From NCBI RefSeq assembly GCF_009914755.1, contig NC_060925.1: DNA of 64,000 bases, one strand, 5' to 3'. The DNA is from the human T2T-CHM13v2.0 reference genome, Homo sapiens. The position numbers were made by a program, and so were the translations under genes. Below, in pieces: positions 39,620 to 55,921 of this stretch. The number at the start of each line of letters is the position of its first letter. The stretch's first letter is position 1. Below the pieces are notes generated by a model. That model was given only the letters and a program-made list of their open reading frames with translations, was not told where the DNA came from and made no database searches.

Positions 39620-40400
39620 TATACATCCATGTTTATAGCAACACTTTTCTCAATAGCTAAGATGTAGAACAACCCATGTCCATCAGCGGATGAATGAATA
39701 GGCAAAATGTGGTATATCCATACAACAGATTACCATTCAGCCTTAAAAAGAAGGAAATTCTACAATATGCTACAACATTGAAGAACCCAAGACATTGTAC
39801 TAGATGAAATAAGCCAGTCACGAAAAGGCAAACACTATGATTCCTTTTATATGAGGTACTTGGTCAAAGTCATAGAGACAAAAAGTAGAATGGTGGTTAC
39901 CAGGGGCTGGGGAGGGAGGAATGCGGAATTATTGTTTAATGGGTATACAATTTCAGTTTTACAAGATGAAAAGAGTTATGAGGATGGATAATAGTAATGG
40001 TTGGACAACACTATGAGTGTATTTAAAAACAATGAACTGGCTGGGCACAGTGGCTCACACCTGTAATCCCAGCACTTTGGGAGGCTGAGGCGGGTGGATC
40101 ACCTGAGGTCAGGCGTTCGAGACCAGCCTGACTAACATGGTGAAACCCCATCTCTACCAAAAATACAAAAATTAGCCGGATGTGGTGGCATGCACCTGTA
40201 GTCCCAGCTACTCAGGAGGCTGAGACAGGAGAATTGCTTGAATCCAGGTGGCGGAGGTTGCAGTAAGCCGAGATCACGCCACTACACTCCAGCCTGGGTG
40301 ATAAAGCAAGACTCCATCTCAAAAAAAAAAAAAAAAAAAAAATGAACTGGTTAAGATGGTAAATTTTATGTTATGTGTATTTTACAATTTTAAAAATTGA
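39620..40400 (+). mobile_element. L1MB-type 3' end with an inserted Alu (40039-40340)
   Basis: CCATGTTTATAGCA..TGTCCATCAGCGGATGAATG..TGAAATAAGCCAGTCAC..GGTTAAGATGGTAAATTTTATGTTATGTG. Confidence 0.8.
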
Positions 40401-40529
40401 AAAAAAAAGTAATCTTCAAGCTTTTTATCTCCCCCTTCCCTTCCTAAGCAATAAATCCAAATCCATTAAGTGGGGTCAGGCAAAACAGACGTCTACTCTG
40501 GGTGGGAGTCACATGGCCCAGAGCACAGT

Positions 40530-41360
40530 GTCAGAGCCCACCTGGAACAAGGAAGGCAGTGACCACACAGAAAGTAGTGGCTAGTCACAGGGTGCTGAAG
40601 CCCAAATGGGGTGAGAAGGGCATCCACAGAGAAGGACAGCCTAACATGGTGTACAAAGAAGTTCAGAAAGGCATCCCCATAGACAGGGAGGCCAGCACAG
40701 GAACATCAGAACCTAAGCAGGGGGAAAATGTCAGCATGGGAGGGCAGCCAGCGCAGGATATCAGGGCCCAAGAGGGATGAGGAAAGCATCCGTGTGGAAG
40801 TAGAATCCAACACAGGGTGTCTGAGACCAAGCAAGGTACGGAGGGTGTCCACAGGGGAAGGTAGCCTGGCACAGGGTACAAGAACCCAAGCAAGGACATT
40901 CCCACAAAGGGCAGCCAAGCATGGGGTATGGAAGCCTGGTATGGTGAGAAGGGTGTCCAAGTAGTAGGGCATCCAGTGTGAAAAGGCAGCCCAACACAAG
41001 GTTCAGAGCCCAAAAAATATGAAAAGAGACATGGTATGTGGAGCCAGACCCCGAGTAAGAGGAGAAAGGTGTTCATGGAAGAAGGTGGCTTGACGGAGGA
41101 TGTCAAAGCCAGAGCAGGGTAGGGAAGATGCCTACTCAGCGGGGAGGATCAGTGTGGGATGCTGGAGCCCATGATCAGTGAAAAGGGCCCCCAGCAGGAA
41201 GAGAGCAGGCTCAGAAAGCCAGAGAGCCACATGGAAGGGTGGCCTGACATGGGAGTTCAGAGCCCAGGTGTGGTGAGAAAGGTTTTTGCATAGACATATC
41301 CTGGTGCTGGTATCAGAGTACAGCGGGGTGAGGAGAGCATTCAGAGGGAAGGAGTGGCAG
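40530..41360. repeat. Degenerate purine-rich ~55-60 bp tandem array, ~14 units
   Basis: Recurring TCAGAGCCC..GGGTGAG(G/A)AGGG(C/T)(A/G)TCC..GGGCAGCC..CA(C/T)(A/G)GG motifs. Confidence 0.75.
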
Positions 41361-41389
41361 TGGGAAGTTAGTTGCATACAGAGAGATCA

Positions 41390-43885
<2,496 letters not shown>

Positions 43886-44121
43886 GTGAGGGGAGTTTTT
43901 TTCTAAGTGCCCAATAAGTGTTGTTTCTATTATTTAACAGATACAAAAATATTCACTTCAAAATTATTTGTAAATGTGAACAATTAGAAAGTAGTTTAGG
44001 GAGTCTCTCTGAACCTATTCTGGTTCAGAGGGCCGCCTGTTAAAAAAACTTTTTAAAGATCTGGGTGTGGTGGCTCACGTCTGTAATCACGGCACTTTGA
44101 GAGGCCGAGGCAGGCAGATCA

Positions 44122-44417
<296 letters not shown>

Positions 44418-45966
44418 TTACCCCCCAGTCTATTATTTTATAACCAGTTCATAAAAAGTTTCTTGGGGGGTGACATATTACTTACACATCTATTGTGTAG
44501 TAAACATGTATGTATATGTGTGTGTACCCAACTACTTTGTTGGAGTGATTGCTGTGGTTTGGAACTGCTGGGGCCAAATTTATGCACAAATCTACATTTT
44601 TGAGTAAACTCCTCATGACTAGAGTAAGTTTCCTCAGTATTTGAGAATTCTTCATTTTCTAAAGCTGTACCAACATCAGATATCAATATTTGTAAGCACA
44701 AATAATGTAATTTATAATAAAATTGCTTTCTCAACTATTAGTATTAACTATATATCATCTTCATATAGCCTTATAACTCATTTGTACTATTCCATTTTCC
44801 TCTGTTCCTTTTATTTTCACTTTCCGTGTAATGTTAGTCTGTACTGATTTCTGAAGAGTTCATTTATGATTAAAGATGTTAACAGATTTAACATCTTGTC
44901 AAGCATTGCAAAAAAAAAAAAAGAATTTCTCTCTCTCTCTTTTTTTTTTTTTTTTTTTTTTGGACAGGCGCGGTGGCTCACACCTATAATCCTAGCACTT
45001 TGGGAGGCCGCGACAGGTGGATCGCCTGAGCTCAGGAGTTCGAGACCAACCTGAACAATATGGCAAAACCCCGTCTCTACTAAAAATACAAAAATTAGCC
45101 AAGCATGGAGGCAGGCACCTGTAATCTCAGCTACTCGGGAGGCTGAGGCAAGAGAAACACTTGAATCTGGGAGGCGGAGGTGCAGTGAGCCAAGATTGCA
45201 CCATTACACTCCAGCTTAGGTGACAGAGTGAGACTTCATCTCAAAAAAAAAAAAAAAAAAGCATTTAAAACAGCACTGAGGCTGGACATGGTGGCGAATG
45301 GCTGTAATCCTAGCACTATGGGAGCCCAAGGTGGGCAAATCGTTTGAACCCAGGAGTTCAAGGGTGCAGTAAGCCATGATTGCACCACTGCACTCTAGCC
45401 TGGGTGACAGTGAGACCCTGTCTCAAAAAAATAAAATAAAATAAAATCGTATTGAGCTGAGCCAGGTGTGGTGTCATATGCCTGTAATCCCATCTACTCC
45501 AGAGGCTGAGCAGGTCAAGGAGATCACTTAAGCCCACGAGTTCTAAGCCAGCCTGGGCAACATAATGAGGCCCCATCTCTTTAAAAAAGAAAAAGAAGAA
45601 GAAGAAGAAGAAGGATTAAGTGTATGATGCTCCCTGTTTTTAAGCAAAACAGTTTGAGTGTAAACAGGAGTGGCTATTTCTCTTAGGTGGGATTATATAT
45701 GATTATTCTTGCTTTCTGTACATTTGCAACAAATATGATTTACTTTTATAACCAGGAAAAGTTTAAAGCTATAAAATTAAGAAAATCAAAAAGTATATTC
45801 ATTTATCTAAAATCTTGTGATCTTTGTTTTGTTGTTGTTGGGTTTTTGGCATTTATTATAGTGAAACAGAAGTTTTAACAAGTAGTTTAAATCAAGAATC
45901 CTAGGCTGGGCGCAGTGGCTCACGCCTGTAATCCCAGCACTTTGGGAGGCTGAGGCGGGTGGATCA

Positions 45967-46209
<243 letters not shown>

Positions 46210-46374
46210 CTAAACTTATTAGAGCTAGCCACCCCTTCACATCTGAAATTAAATCCTTATATATTTGGGTTGCTAAAAGATGATGAAAGATATGTGACCA
46301 TCTCACTTTCCTTAACATGCTGTCTCTCCAGTTCTGCTCGGTACAATCACCCAAGTTTAAAGACAATCTATATA

Positions 46375-46611
46375 CAGGTTACATATCCCTAATCCAAAAA
46401 TGCAAAATCCAAAATGCTCCAAAATCTGAAACTTTCTGAGAGTCAACTGATGCTCAAAGAAAATGCTCATTAACATTCTGAATTTTCTAATTTGGGATGC
46501 TTCAACCAGTAAGTAAGCAGAATGTATGTATATATTCCAAAATCCCAAAAAAATCCAAAATCCAAAAAACTTCTGGTCCCAAGCATTTTGGATAAGGAAT
46601 ACTCAATTTTG
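46375..46611. mobile_element. Second Tigger4a/MER46-like MITE, beside DNAJC8 exon 2
   Basis: TA-CAGGTT..TATCCC start; same internal sequence as the 29112 copy. Confidence 0.78.
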
Positions 46612-46756
46612 TACTATACAGATTCCATCACTTTACTCCACCATTTTTCTCAATCCTAACTATGATATAAATTAGGTATGTATTCTGATGTAGGTATGCC
46701 TGCAGCTATGCAAATCTCCCCCATTACAGAGGCCCTAGCAACATCAATCGGCTCAC

Positions 46757-46858
46757 CTCAAATGGGTTCAAATTGAAGTAAGAGGAACCAGGACGGGTCA
46801 GTCTTTCAATCTGATTTTTCGAAGTTAGAACCGAGTCTCTCTTCTCTATTTGTTTCAC
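46757..46858 (-). CDS. DNAJC8: DNAJC8 exon 2 (VKQIEKRDSVLTSKNQIERLTRPGSSYFNLNPFE)
   Basis: TTTTAG|GTG acceptor, GAG|GTGAGC donor, 102 nt, phase 0/0. Confidence 0.97.
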
Positions 46859-47293
46859 CTAAAATTATGAGGATTAAAAACTTCATTAATAGAATTCAAT
46901 AACAAACTGAATTATCTTAACAAAATGTTCACTGATATGTTCAACAAACATTTATTTGTGTGTTTACCATGTGCAAGACATTTTGCTAAATGCTTTGAGA
47001 AATTAAAACTACCATTTGTTGAATTTTAATATAAAAACCTTACATGTATTTATTAATCTCAACAACCCTATGTGGTAGATACTGCTGTTATACCCAATTC
47101 ACAGATAAGAATACTGAGGCTTAGAGAAGGTAACTGACTTGTTCCCAATTACCCAACTTGTAAGCCAGAATTTTAACCCCAACAGTTTGACCCCACAGCA
47201 GGCATCAAGAGGATTCAAAGATAAATAAGTCACAGCCTTTAAAGAACTTCCACTTTAATGATGGAAGATGTGCTTGTGTGTGATTATACTTCA

Positions 47294-47668
<375 letters not shown>

Positions 47669-49246
47669 TTAAAGAGCAAAAAAAGGAAAAATACAATCAC
47701 AGTAAGACATAAACTATGAGCAGCATTTAAAACTGTTGATGGGAAGGAACAAACAACTCCACCACCTAATTCTAATAGTGTTAGAAAAAATCCCTGACTT
47801 GGCCAGGCGGAGTAGCTGTCACCTGTAATCCCAACATTTTGGGAGGCTGAGGTGGGTGGATTGCTTGAGCTCAGGAGTTTGAGACAAGCCTGGGCAACAT
47901 GGCGAAACCCCATCTCTATTTTTAATTTAAAAAAAAGAAAGAAAGAAAAAAGAAAAATCCCTGACCTGAAGACAATGCCAGGGAGAACAAGCACCAGGCA
48001 GTCCCAGGAAAACATTCTTGGTGTCACTGTCAGAGTTGGAATGCTAGTTGGAATGAATCTCTGGTATGCTATATGCCATCTTTATTCCTATAGCCAAAAC
48101 AAGGTTGGAAAGAATTTCATTAACATAAAAAGTCATTCCTTCTAGACATCTTCCCTCTTCACTCTATGAAAACAGGATTTTTTTTCTCTCTTGTTCACTA
48201 CCGTATCCTCAACACCTAAATAGCAAACTAGTACATTTCCAATGTTCAATAAACATCTGTTAAATGAATGAGGCCAGTGTGGTGGCTTATGCCTGTAATC
48301 CCAGCACTTTGGGAGTCTGAGGCAGGAGGATCACTTGGGTGCAGGAATTCAAGACCAACCTGAGCAACATGGCAAGACCTTGTCTCTATTTTTTAAAAAA
48401 ATGACTGAATTACCCTTCCTTAGATATTTTTTCCCATCCAATTCAAACAAAGGTTGCCATTTGGTTTTTTGTTTGTTTTTGTTTTTTGAGAAGGGGTCTT
48501 GCTCTGTCACCCAGGGTGTACTGCAGTGACAGAAGACAGATCATGGCTCACTGCAACCTCCACCTCCTGGGCTCAAGTCATCCTCCAGTCCTCTTGCCTC
48601 AGCCTTCCGGGCAGCTGAGACTACAGGCAGTGCCTGCCAGGTGTCTAGACCTAAATGTAATACTTTGGAGAAACTACTATGTAACAAGTACTGTTACAAT
48701 TGCAAGAAATAAAAGATGGATGTGATATGGTCCTTAACCCTGAATAGCTCACAGCCTGCTGGGGGGCAACTCCATTCCTCAAACCCATGCCACCCTACAG
48801 AGGTCCCATCTTCTGCCTTGTTTAACCCTGAGAAAGATGCTTCTGCTTTATTTTTTTATGAAACGCTTTCTTATACAATAACTTTAGTCCTCATGAAAAT
48901 GTTTATTTTAAAATTAACTCTCTTGCCAAGCACAGTGGCTCATGCCTGTAATCCCAACACTTTGGGAGGCCAAGACGGGAGGATTGCTTGAGCCCAGGAG
49001 TTTAAGACCAGCCTGGGCAACACAACAAGACCCTGTCACAACAAAAAAAATACAAAAATCAGCCAGGCATGGTGGCCTGAGCTTGTAGTCCCAGCTACTG
49101 ATGTGGGAGAATCACTTGAGCCCAGAAGGCAGAGGTTGTGCATTCCAGCTTGGGCAAGAGTGAGGCTCTGTCTCAAAATAAATAAATTAAATTAAATTAA
49201 CTCTCTTGTTTTTACAGATGTGGAATATGAAGATCTGCAAAATTAA

Positions 49247-49870
<624 letters not shown>

Positions 49871-50399
49871 TGAGCCACCGCGCCCAACCAAGAATTTTTT
49901 TTTCTATCCTTTTTTTCCTTCTTTTTAAAGAGACAGGGTCTCACTCTCGCCAAAAATGGAGTGCAGTGGTCCGATCATAGGTCACTGCAGCCTCGAGCTT
50001 TTGGGTTCCTCCCGCCTGGGCCTCCCAAAGTGCTGGGATTACAGATGTGAGCCACTGTGCCCAGCCCCTTGCAATAATTTAATCTGAGATTCTGACTCCA
50101 AACGGCATGCTTTTATTTCATTTATTCATTCATTCACTCAACAAATATTTACTGAGCATCCACTACATACTATGCGCTGGAGATGCGATAGTAAAGGAGG
50201 CTCAGAACAAGCCCACTGCTGTCCTAACATACCACCAAGCAAGCTGTAACCTACTGTAAGGCCCCAAACTATTTCACCTCCCTAAAGCTCAGGTTCGTCA
50301 TCTGTAAAATGGGGGTAATATAATGCCTAACTGGCATGATACACAGTGCCTGGCGTTCGTGAATGGCAGAAACAACCACTAAAACAACTCATTACAAAG

Positions 50400-50960
50400 G
50401 ACTAAGAAACGTCTCGGGGGCCAAGAAGGCTAAGTCACTCCCAGGAAGGGCCCAGCCTCTGCCAGCCCCCGACTCCGCGGACTTGGGGCACTCTGCCCGC
50501 GCGCCCGCACTATGTTGGACACACTCGCCACCTCCCTCGATAGATCGAACACCATTCCCTCTTTCGTTGCCCCGGGGGATCTCCCAGCAGCTATCAGTGG
50601 GAGACGCTCACACACCCCCAGACCCCCGCCACCCCGAAGACTGGACTGAAGGAATCGCCCAACGGTCCAGGCCAGGCGGCCACTGCCTTTGTCCACTGGG
50701 AAAGCAGATCCGGGAGCGGTCGCCCCGGTGCCACTACTCCTCACTCTGTGTTCACCTCACTGTAGAAGGTCATAAATGCTTCCTCGGTGCTGCCTCCGCC
50801 GCCTGAAGTCCCGCTCTCTCCTGAAGCCGCCATTTCCCCGGCCCAGCCACCACGTGACCCTTCTGCGCAGGCGTCGCCTCACGTGATTCTTACAGGTCCG
50901 CTCCTCTAGCCCCGCCTCCCGTCTGAGAGGTTCTTAAAGGGCTCGCAGCCCAGCCAGGCA
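50400..50960 (-). promoter_or_regulatory. DNAJC8: DNAJC8 CpG-island promoter
   Basis: CpG-rich; CACGTG E-boxes at 50851 and 50880; NRF1-like TGCGCAGGCG ~50864; YY1-like GCCGCCATTT over the ATG; GC box ~50909. Confidence 0.85.
50756..50833 (-). CDS. DNAJC8: DNAJC8 coding exon 1 (MAASGESGTSGGGGSTEEAFMTFYSE)
   Basis: ATG at 50833 inside a CpG island; 26 codons, then donor GAG|GTGAAC; matches the known DNAJC8/SPF31 N-terminus. Confidence 0.97.
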
Positions 50961-51127
50961 CTTTAAAAGTAGGTGGGCTTTTTAAAATTTAAACGAATTA
51001 CACATAACATATAATTAACCACTTTAAAGTAAATAATGTGCTTAAGTTATTGTTAGGTAAAAAATAATAAGAAGAATAAAAGAAAAAGTGAATAATTCAG
51101 TGGGTTTATTTATTTATTTATTTTTGA

Positions 51128-51424
<297 letters not shown>

Positions 51425-52469
51425 TAGTTTCATCACCTCAAAAGGAGACTTAGTATCTACTTTTTTTTTTTAGACGGAGTCTCACTCTGTCACCCAGGCT
51501 GGAGTGCAGTGGCGCCTCCCCGGTTCCAGAAATTCTGCCTTAGCCTCCCGAGTAGCTGAGATTACAGACAAACGCCACCATGCCCCGCTAATTTTTATAT
51601 TTTTAGTAAAGCCGGATGTTCACCATGTTGGCCAGGATGGTCTACGATCTCCTGACGTCGTAATCCGCTCGCCTTGGCCTCCCAAAGTGCGGGGATTACA
51701 GGCGTGAGCCACCGCGCCTGGCCGAGGAGACCTAGTACCTATTAAGCAGTTACTCCCTATTCGCCCCCTCTCCCCAGTCCCTGAAAACAAGCAATCTGTG
51801 TTCTATCTATATGGATTTACCTATTCTGGATATTTCACATAAATGGAGTTAAACAATATGTGAATACGTATTTCACATAAATGGAATTAAACAAAATACC
51901 AGGTAGGGCTGCTATTTTCTCAACTAAAATATAATCAATAAAGCCAGTTTTACTATTTCATAGAAAACAAAGAAGGTTTTGTTTTGTTTTGTTTTTTTGA
52001 GGCAGAGGCTTGCTCTGTTGCCCAGGCTGGAGTGCAGTGGCATGATCTTGGCTCACTGCAACCGCCGCCTCCCAGGTTCAAGCAATTCTCCTGCCTCAAC
52101 CTCCTGAGTAGCTGAGATTACAGGCGCATGTCACCACGCCCGGCTGATTTTTGTATTTTTAGTAGAGACGGAGTTAGTCAGGCTGATCTCGAACTCCTGA
52201 CCTCATGATCCATGCGCCTCGGCCTCCCGAAGTGCTGGGATTACAGGTGTGAGACACCACGCCCAGCCCCAAAGAAGGTATTTTTATAATCATCAATCAG
52301 GTAGATAATCTGGCCCAATTCTCTCATCTAAAAAAGAAGAAACAGAGAAGAGAAAATGAGTTAGAGAAGAGCTATAAACTTCATGAGAGTAAAGACTACT
52401 GTTGTCTTGTTCACATTCATTAGATGGATGAAGGGAGGTTAAGGTCAAGCTTTCCCTAGACTCCTACTT

Positions 52470-52500
<31 letters not shown>

Positions 52501-52649
52501 GAGACAGAGTTTCGCTCTTGTTACCCAGGCCGCAGTGCAATGGCGTGATCTCAGCTCACCGCAACCTCAGCCTCCCGGGTTCAAGCATTCTCCTGCCTCA
52601 GCCTCCCAAGTAGCTGGGATTACAGGCATGTGCCACCACGCCTAGCTAA

Positions 52650-53012
<363 letters not shown>

Positions 53013-53029
53013 TAAGCCCATTCAACAAT

Positions 53030-53175
53030 ATGTTGCTAACGAAAAAAACAAACTAAAATATTTTTAAAAGGTTTATTCTGAGCCAAGATGAGTGACCATA
53101 GCTTGGGGAAACACAGCCTCAAGAGGTCCTAGGAAACTGTGCCTGAGGTGGTCAAGTTATAATTTGGGTTTTCTT
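53030..53175 (-). mobile_element. MER4-group (ERV1) LTR fragment upstream of ATP5IF1
   Basis: GGTTTATTCTGAGCCAAGATGAGTGACCAT..CACAGCCTCAAGAGGTCCT..TGTGCCTGAGGTGGTC. Confidence 0.6.
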
Positions 53176-54018
53176 TTTTTTTTTTTTGTTTTGAGACGGA
53201 GTCTCGCTTTGTCACCAGGCTGGAGTGCAGTTGCGCAATCTCGGCTCACTGCAACCTCCGCCTCCCGGGTTCAAGCCAATTCTCCTGTCTCAGCCTCCTG
53301 AGTAGCTGCGATTACAGTCGCGTGCCACCGCACCCGGCTGATTTTTGTATTTTTAGTAGAGACGGGGTTTCCCCATGTTGGCCAGGCTGGTCTCGAACTC
53401 CGGACCTCAGGTGATCCACCCACTTCGGCCTCCCAAAGTGTTGGGATTACAGGCGTGAGCCACCGCGCCCAGCCAGAACACTGACACTTCTCATAACAAA
53501 TGAACGCGATTTATGTATATCTAAGCCAGGGCACATTGGACGTCGGTATCCTGGACATCAGCATCCTGGACACAGCTCCCAAACCCCGAATTCCCCCATT
53601 TTATTGATGCTAGCAGGCCAGGGAAGGGAAAACTTCCTTTGGGCTTTGAATAATAACGACTTTAGAATTGAAATCGTGGGCTGGAGGTGGACGCCACGCC
53701 TCATTCTGATGGGTCCAAGAGCCGAAATTTCGGCTTCTGGCACTCTCCTCACTCAGCTCTCTAAACTCCTCCATCATTCCTCTTTCCAGTCCTTTGGCCC
53801 TAAGCCCTTGCTAGCGGTTGGCTAAGAAGAAACCCGTCTCTTGCTCGGGATTCGCTGTGAGCTCCGGGAAGCCCGCCTCCGCTCTCCCGTGATTCGCTAC
53901 TCCTGTGTTCATCCGCCCCTCCGTCGACCAGATTGGGTGCTTGGCCGTCCCTGCCATTAGCGCGTAACGAGAGACTGCTTGCTGCGGCAGAGACGCCAGA
54001 GGTGCAGCTCCAGCAGCA

Positions 54019-54105
54019 ATGGCAGTGACGGCGTTGGCGGCGCGGACGTGGCTTGGCGTGTGGGGCGTGAGGACCATGCAAGCCCGAGGCTTCGGCTCGG
54101 ATCAG
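54019..54105 (+). CDS. ATP5IF1: ATP5IF1 (ATPIF1) exon 1: mitochondrial presequence and start of the mature ATP synthase inhibitor IF1
   Basis: [29 protein letters not shown], donor CAG|GTACGC. Confidence 0.98.
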
Positions 54106-54195
54106 GTACGCTGCGGCAGTGTCCGCTGCTCCAGCCCCGCGGGCGGATCCCATCTTTGCTTCCGTACCTTTACCAGTGTCCCTGTCTCTCTGCAG

Positions 54196-54287
54196 TCCGA
54201 GAATGTCGACCGGGGCGCGGGCTCCATCCGGGAAGCCGGTGGGGCCTTCGGAAAGAGAGAGCAGGCTGAAGAGGAACGATATTTCCG
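54196..54287 (+). CDS. ATP5IF1: ATP5IF1 exon 2 ([31 protein letters not shown]), inhibitory segment
   Basis: CTGCAG|TCC acceptor, CCG|GTGAGG donor; conserved IF1 motif [23 protein letters not shown]. Confidence 0.98.
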
Positions 54288-55595
54288 GTGAGGCTCACCG
54301 GGTCCCAAGTCCAGCCCTGGATCTCCCAATGGCCTTCCAATCCTTAAACTGCCAATCGCCCCACCCGTTCCTACCTGGTGCCTTGGGCGCCCCATCCCCC
54401 AACAGAACTCCCGGGCCCCAATCCAGTATACCCTAACCCTTGATGTCCCGACCGTTGCCACGTATAGGGCACTCCCAGTTACCTGCACAACAGTTTCAGG
54501 CCCCCAAACCGTTTCCACCGGCGGGTCTCCAAAACAACCCACGGCTCAACTCCTCCTTTATCATTACCATCTCCCGCGTGGAGTTCTCCTCAGGTCGTGC
54601 GAAACACCCCCAGATTCTTCGCACAGTGTCTAGATCCGACCGCCCAACGTTTGCCTCCCAGCCTGACTCCCTCGGCCCTTACCCACCTGTCACCCCCTCT
54701 ACGCTCTCCTTCCTCGCCAGCACGCCTTAGCTTTGCAAGCCTGCATGCATTCAGGCTTCTCAGGTGTTTCTAGACCCCCGACTCCGCAAGAGTGAGGATG
54801 ATGGGAGCTGGTCATGGGAGCTACTTATGGTTGGACACCATCTTCTAAAGGCTTTTGCCCTACTCAGCCCAACCTAGACCTGTAGATTTCCCTCTCCTGC
54901 TTAGGAGTATGGAGTGGGCTGGGCCTCCCTTTGCCAGCCTTGAGTTATCTTTAACTGACTTCTGTCCACTCTGGAGAGCAGTGAGGAATTAATCTTGCTT
55001 TTGCTTGTCCTTTGGCCTTTCACTTCTGCCTTCTGTTGAGAATTATCACCATGACACCTGCCATACCGTATAGAGAGCCAAGGTACAGCCGTTAGAGACT
55101 ATCTAATTGAGCCCCTACATTTTGTAGTTAAGGAAAACTGAGGCCTAAATGTGACCAAACCAACATTGTAATCCAGTCCCTTCTTGGAACCTAAATTGAA
55201 CTGCCAAGTACTGCGCATGCAAGAGACCCTTTATTGGCCTTACAGTGGGCCATTCATTTCTATAGGCAAAGAAAGCTCTAGACAGATTGGAATAGGAAAT
55301 GGATATTTGCCTTTTAGCTACACCCCTTTGTCTGTCTTCCTCATTTTGTTCCTTTTTTTTTCCCTAAAGGGGAGTCAAGTTCCCTGGGTTGTTCCCCTCA
55401 TAAGGTATTAGGGACTTGTGTCACATCTCTCTGGAGTTTTCTATTTTAAAGAGGAATCTGAAAGCAATAAGCTCTTTGGTCTTCTTAAGATGGCTACACC
55501 TCAATTTAAGATGGGGTATTCTTTCACTAGTTGAGGAGTAGAAGAGGATGACCAGCTAGACTCCCATGGAATTGGAACTCCTATTCCTTGCTTAG

Positions 55596-55632
55596 ACATT
55601 ACAGGTTATGCTTTGAGATCTCTTTGGGGTGA
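55596..55632 (+). CDS. ATP5IF1: ATP5IF1 alternative upstream acceptor giving a 71-aa isoform ending ...[15 protein letters not shown]
   Basis: TTCCTTGCTTAG|ACAT acceptor 76 nt upstream of the main one; agrees with my recollection of an annotated 71-aa isoform. Confidence 0.75.
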
Positions 55633-55671
55633 AGGATTGAAATTAAACCCTGAGCCACCGTGTCCTTGTAG

Positions 55672-55813
55672 AGCACAGAGTAGAGAACAACTGGCAGCTT
55701 TGAAAAAACACCATGAAGAAGAAATCGTTCATCATAAGAAGGAGATTGAGCGTCTGCAGAAAGAAATTGAGCGCCATAAGCAGAAGATCAAAATGCTAAA
55801 ACATGATGATTAA
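55672..55813 (+). CDS. ATP5IF1: ATP5IF1 exon 3 ([46 protein letters not shown]), His-rich coiled coil
   Basis: TTGTAG|A acceptor; 87+92+142 = 321 nt = 106 aa + TAA. Confidence 0.98.
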
Positions 55814-55915
55814 GTGCACACCGTGTGCCATAGAATGGCACATGTCATTGCCCACTTCTGTGTAGACATGGTTCTGGTTTAACTAATATTTGTCTGTGTG
55901 CTACTAACAGATTAT

Positions 55916-55921
55916 AATAAA
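55916..55921 (+). terminator. ATP5IF1: ATP5IF1 poly(A) signal AATAAA
   Basis: About 100 nt after the stop; followed by GU-rich CTGTGTTTG. Confidence 0.85.

Larger units (their letters stand above)
53800..54720 (+). promoter_or_regulatory. ATP5IF1: ATP5IF1 CpG island / promoter
   Basis: CpG-rich; GC boxes ~53871 and ~53913; inverted CCAAT (GATTGG) at 53931; no TATA box seen. Confidence 0.85.

Noticed and set aside
51831-51896. 38-bp-period duplication TATTTCACATAAATGGA(G/A)TTAAACAA
   Set aside because: Trivial scar at the edge of an antisense L1 fragment; no sign of function
55613-55671. N-terminal part of track ORF 55613..55813
   Set aside because: Intronic sequence upstream of the true ATP5IF1 exon 3 acceptor; TTG start
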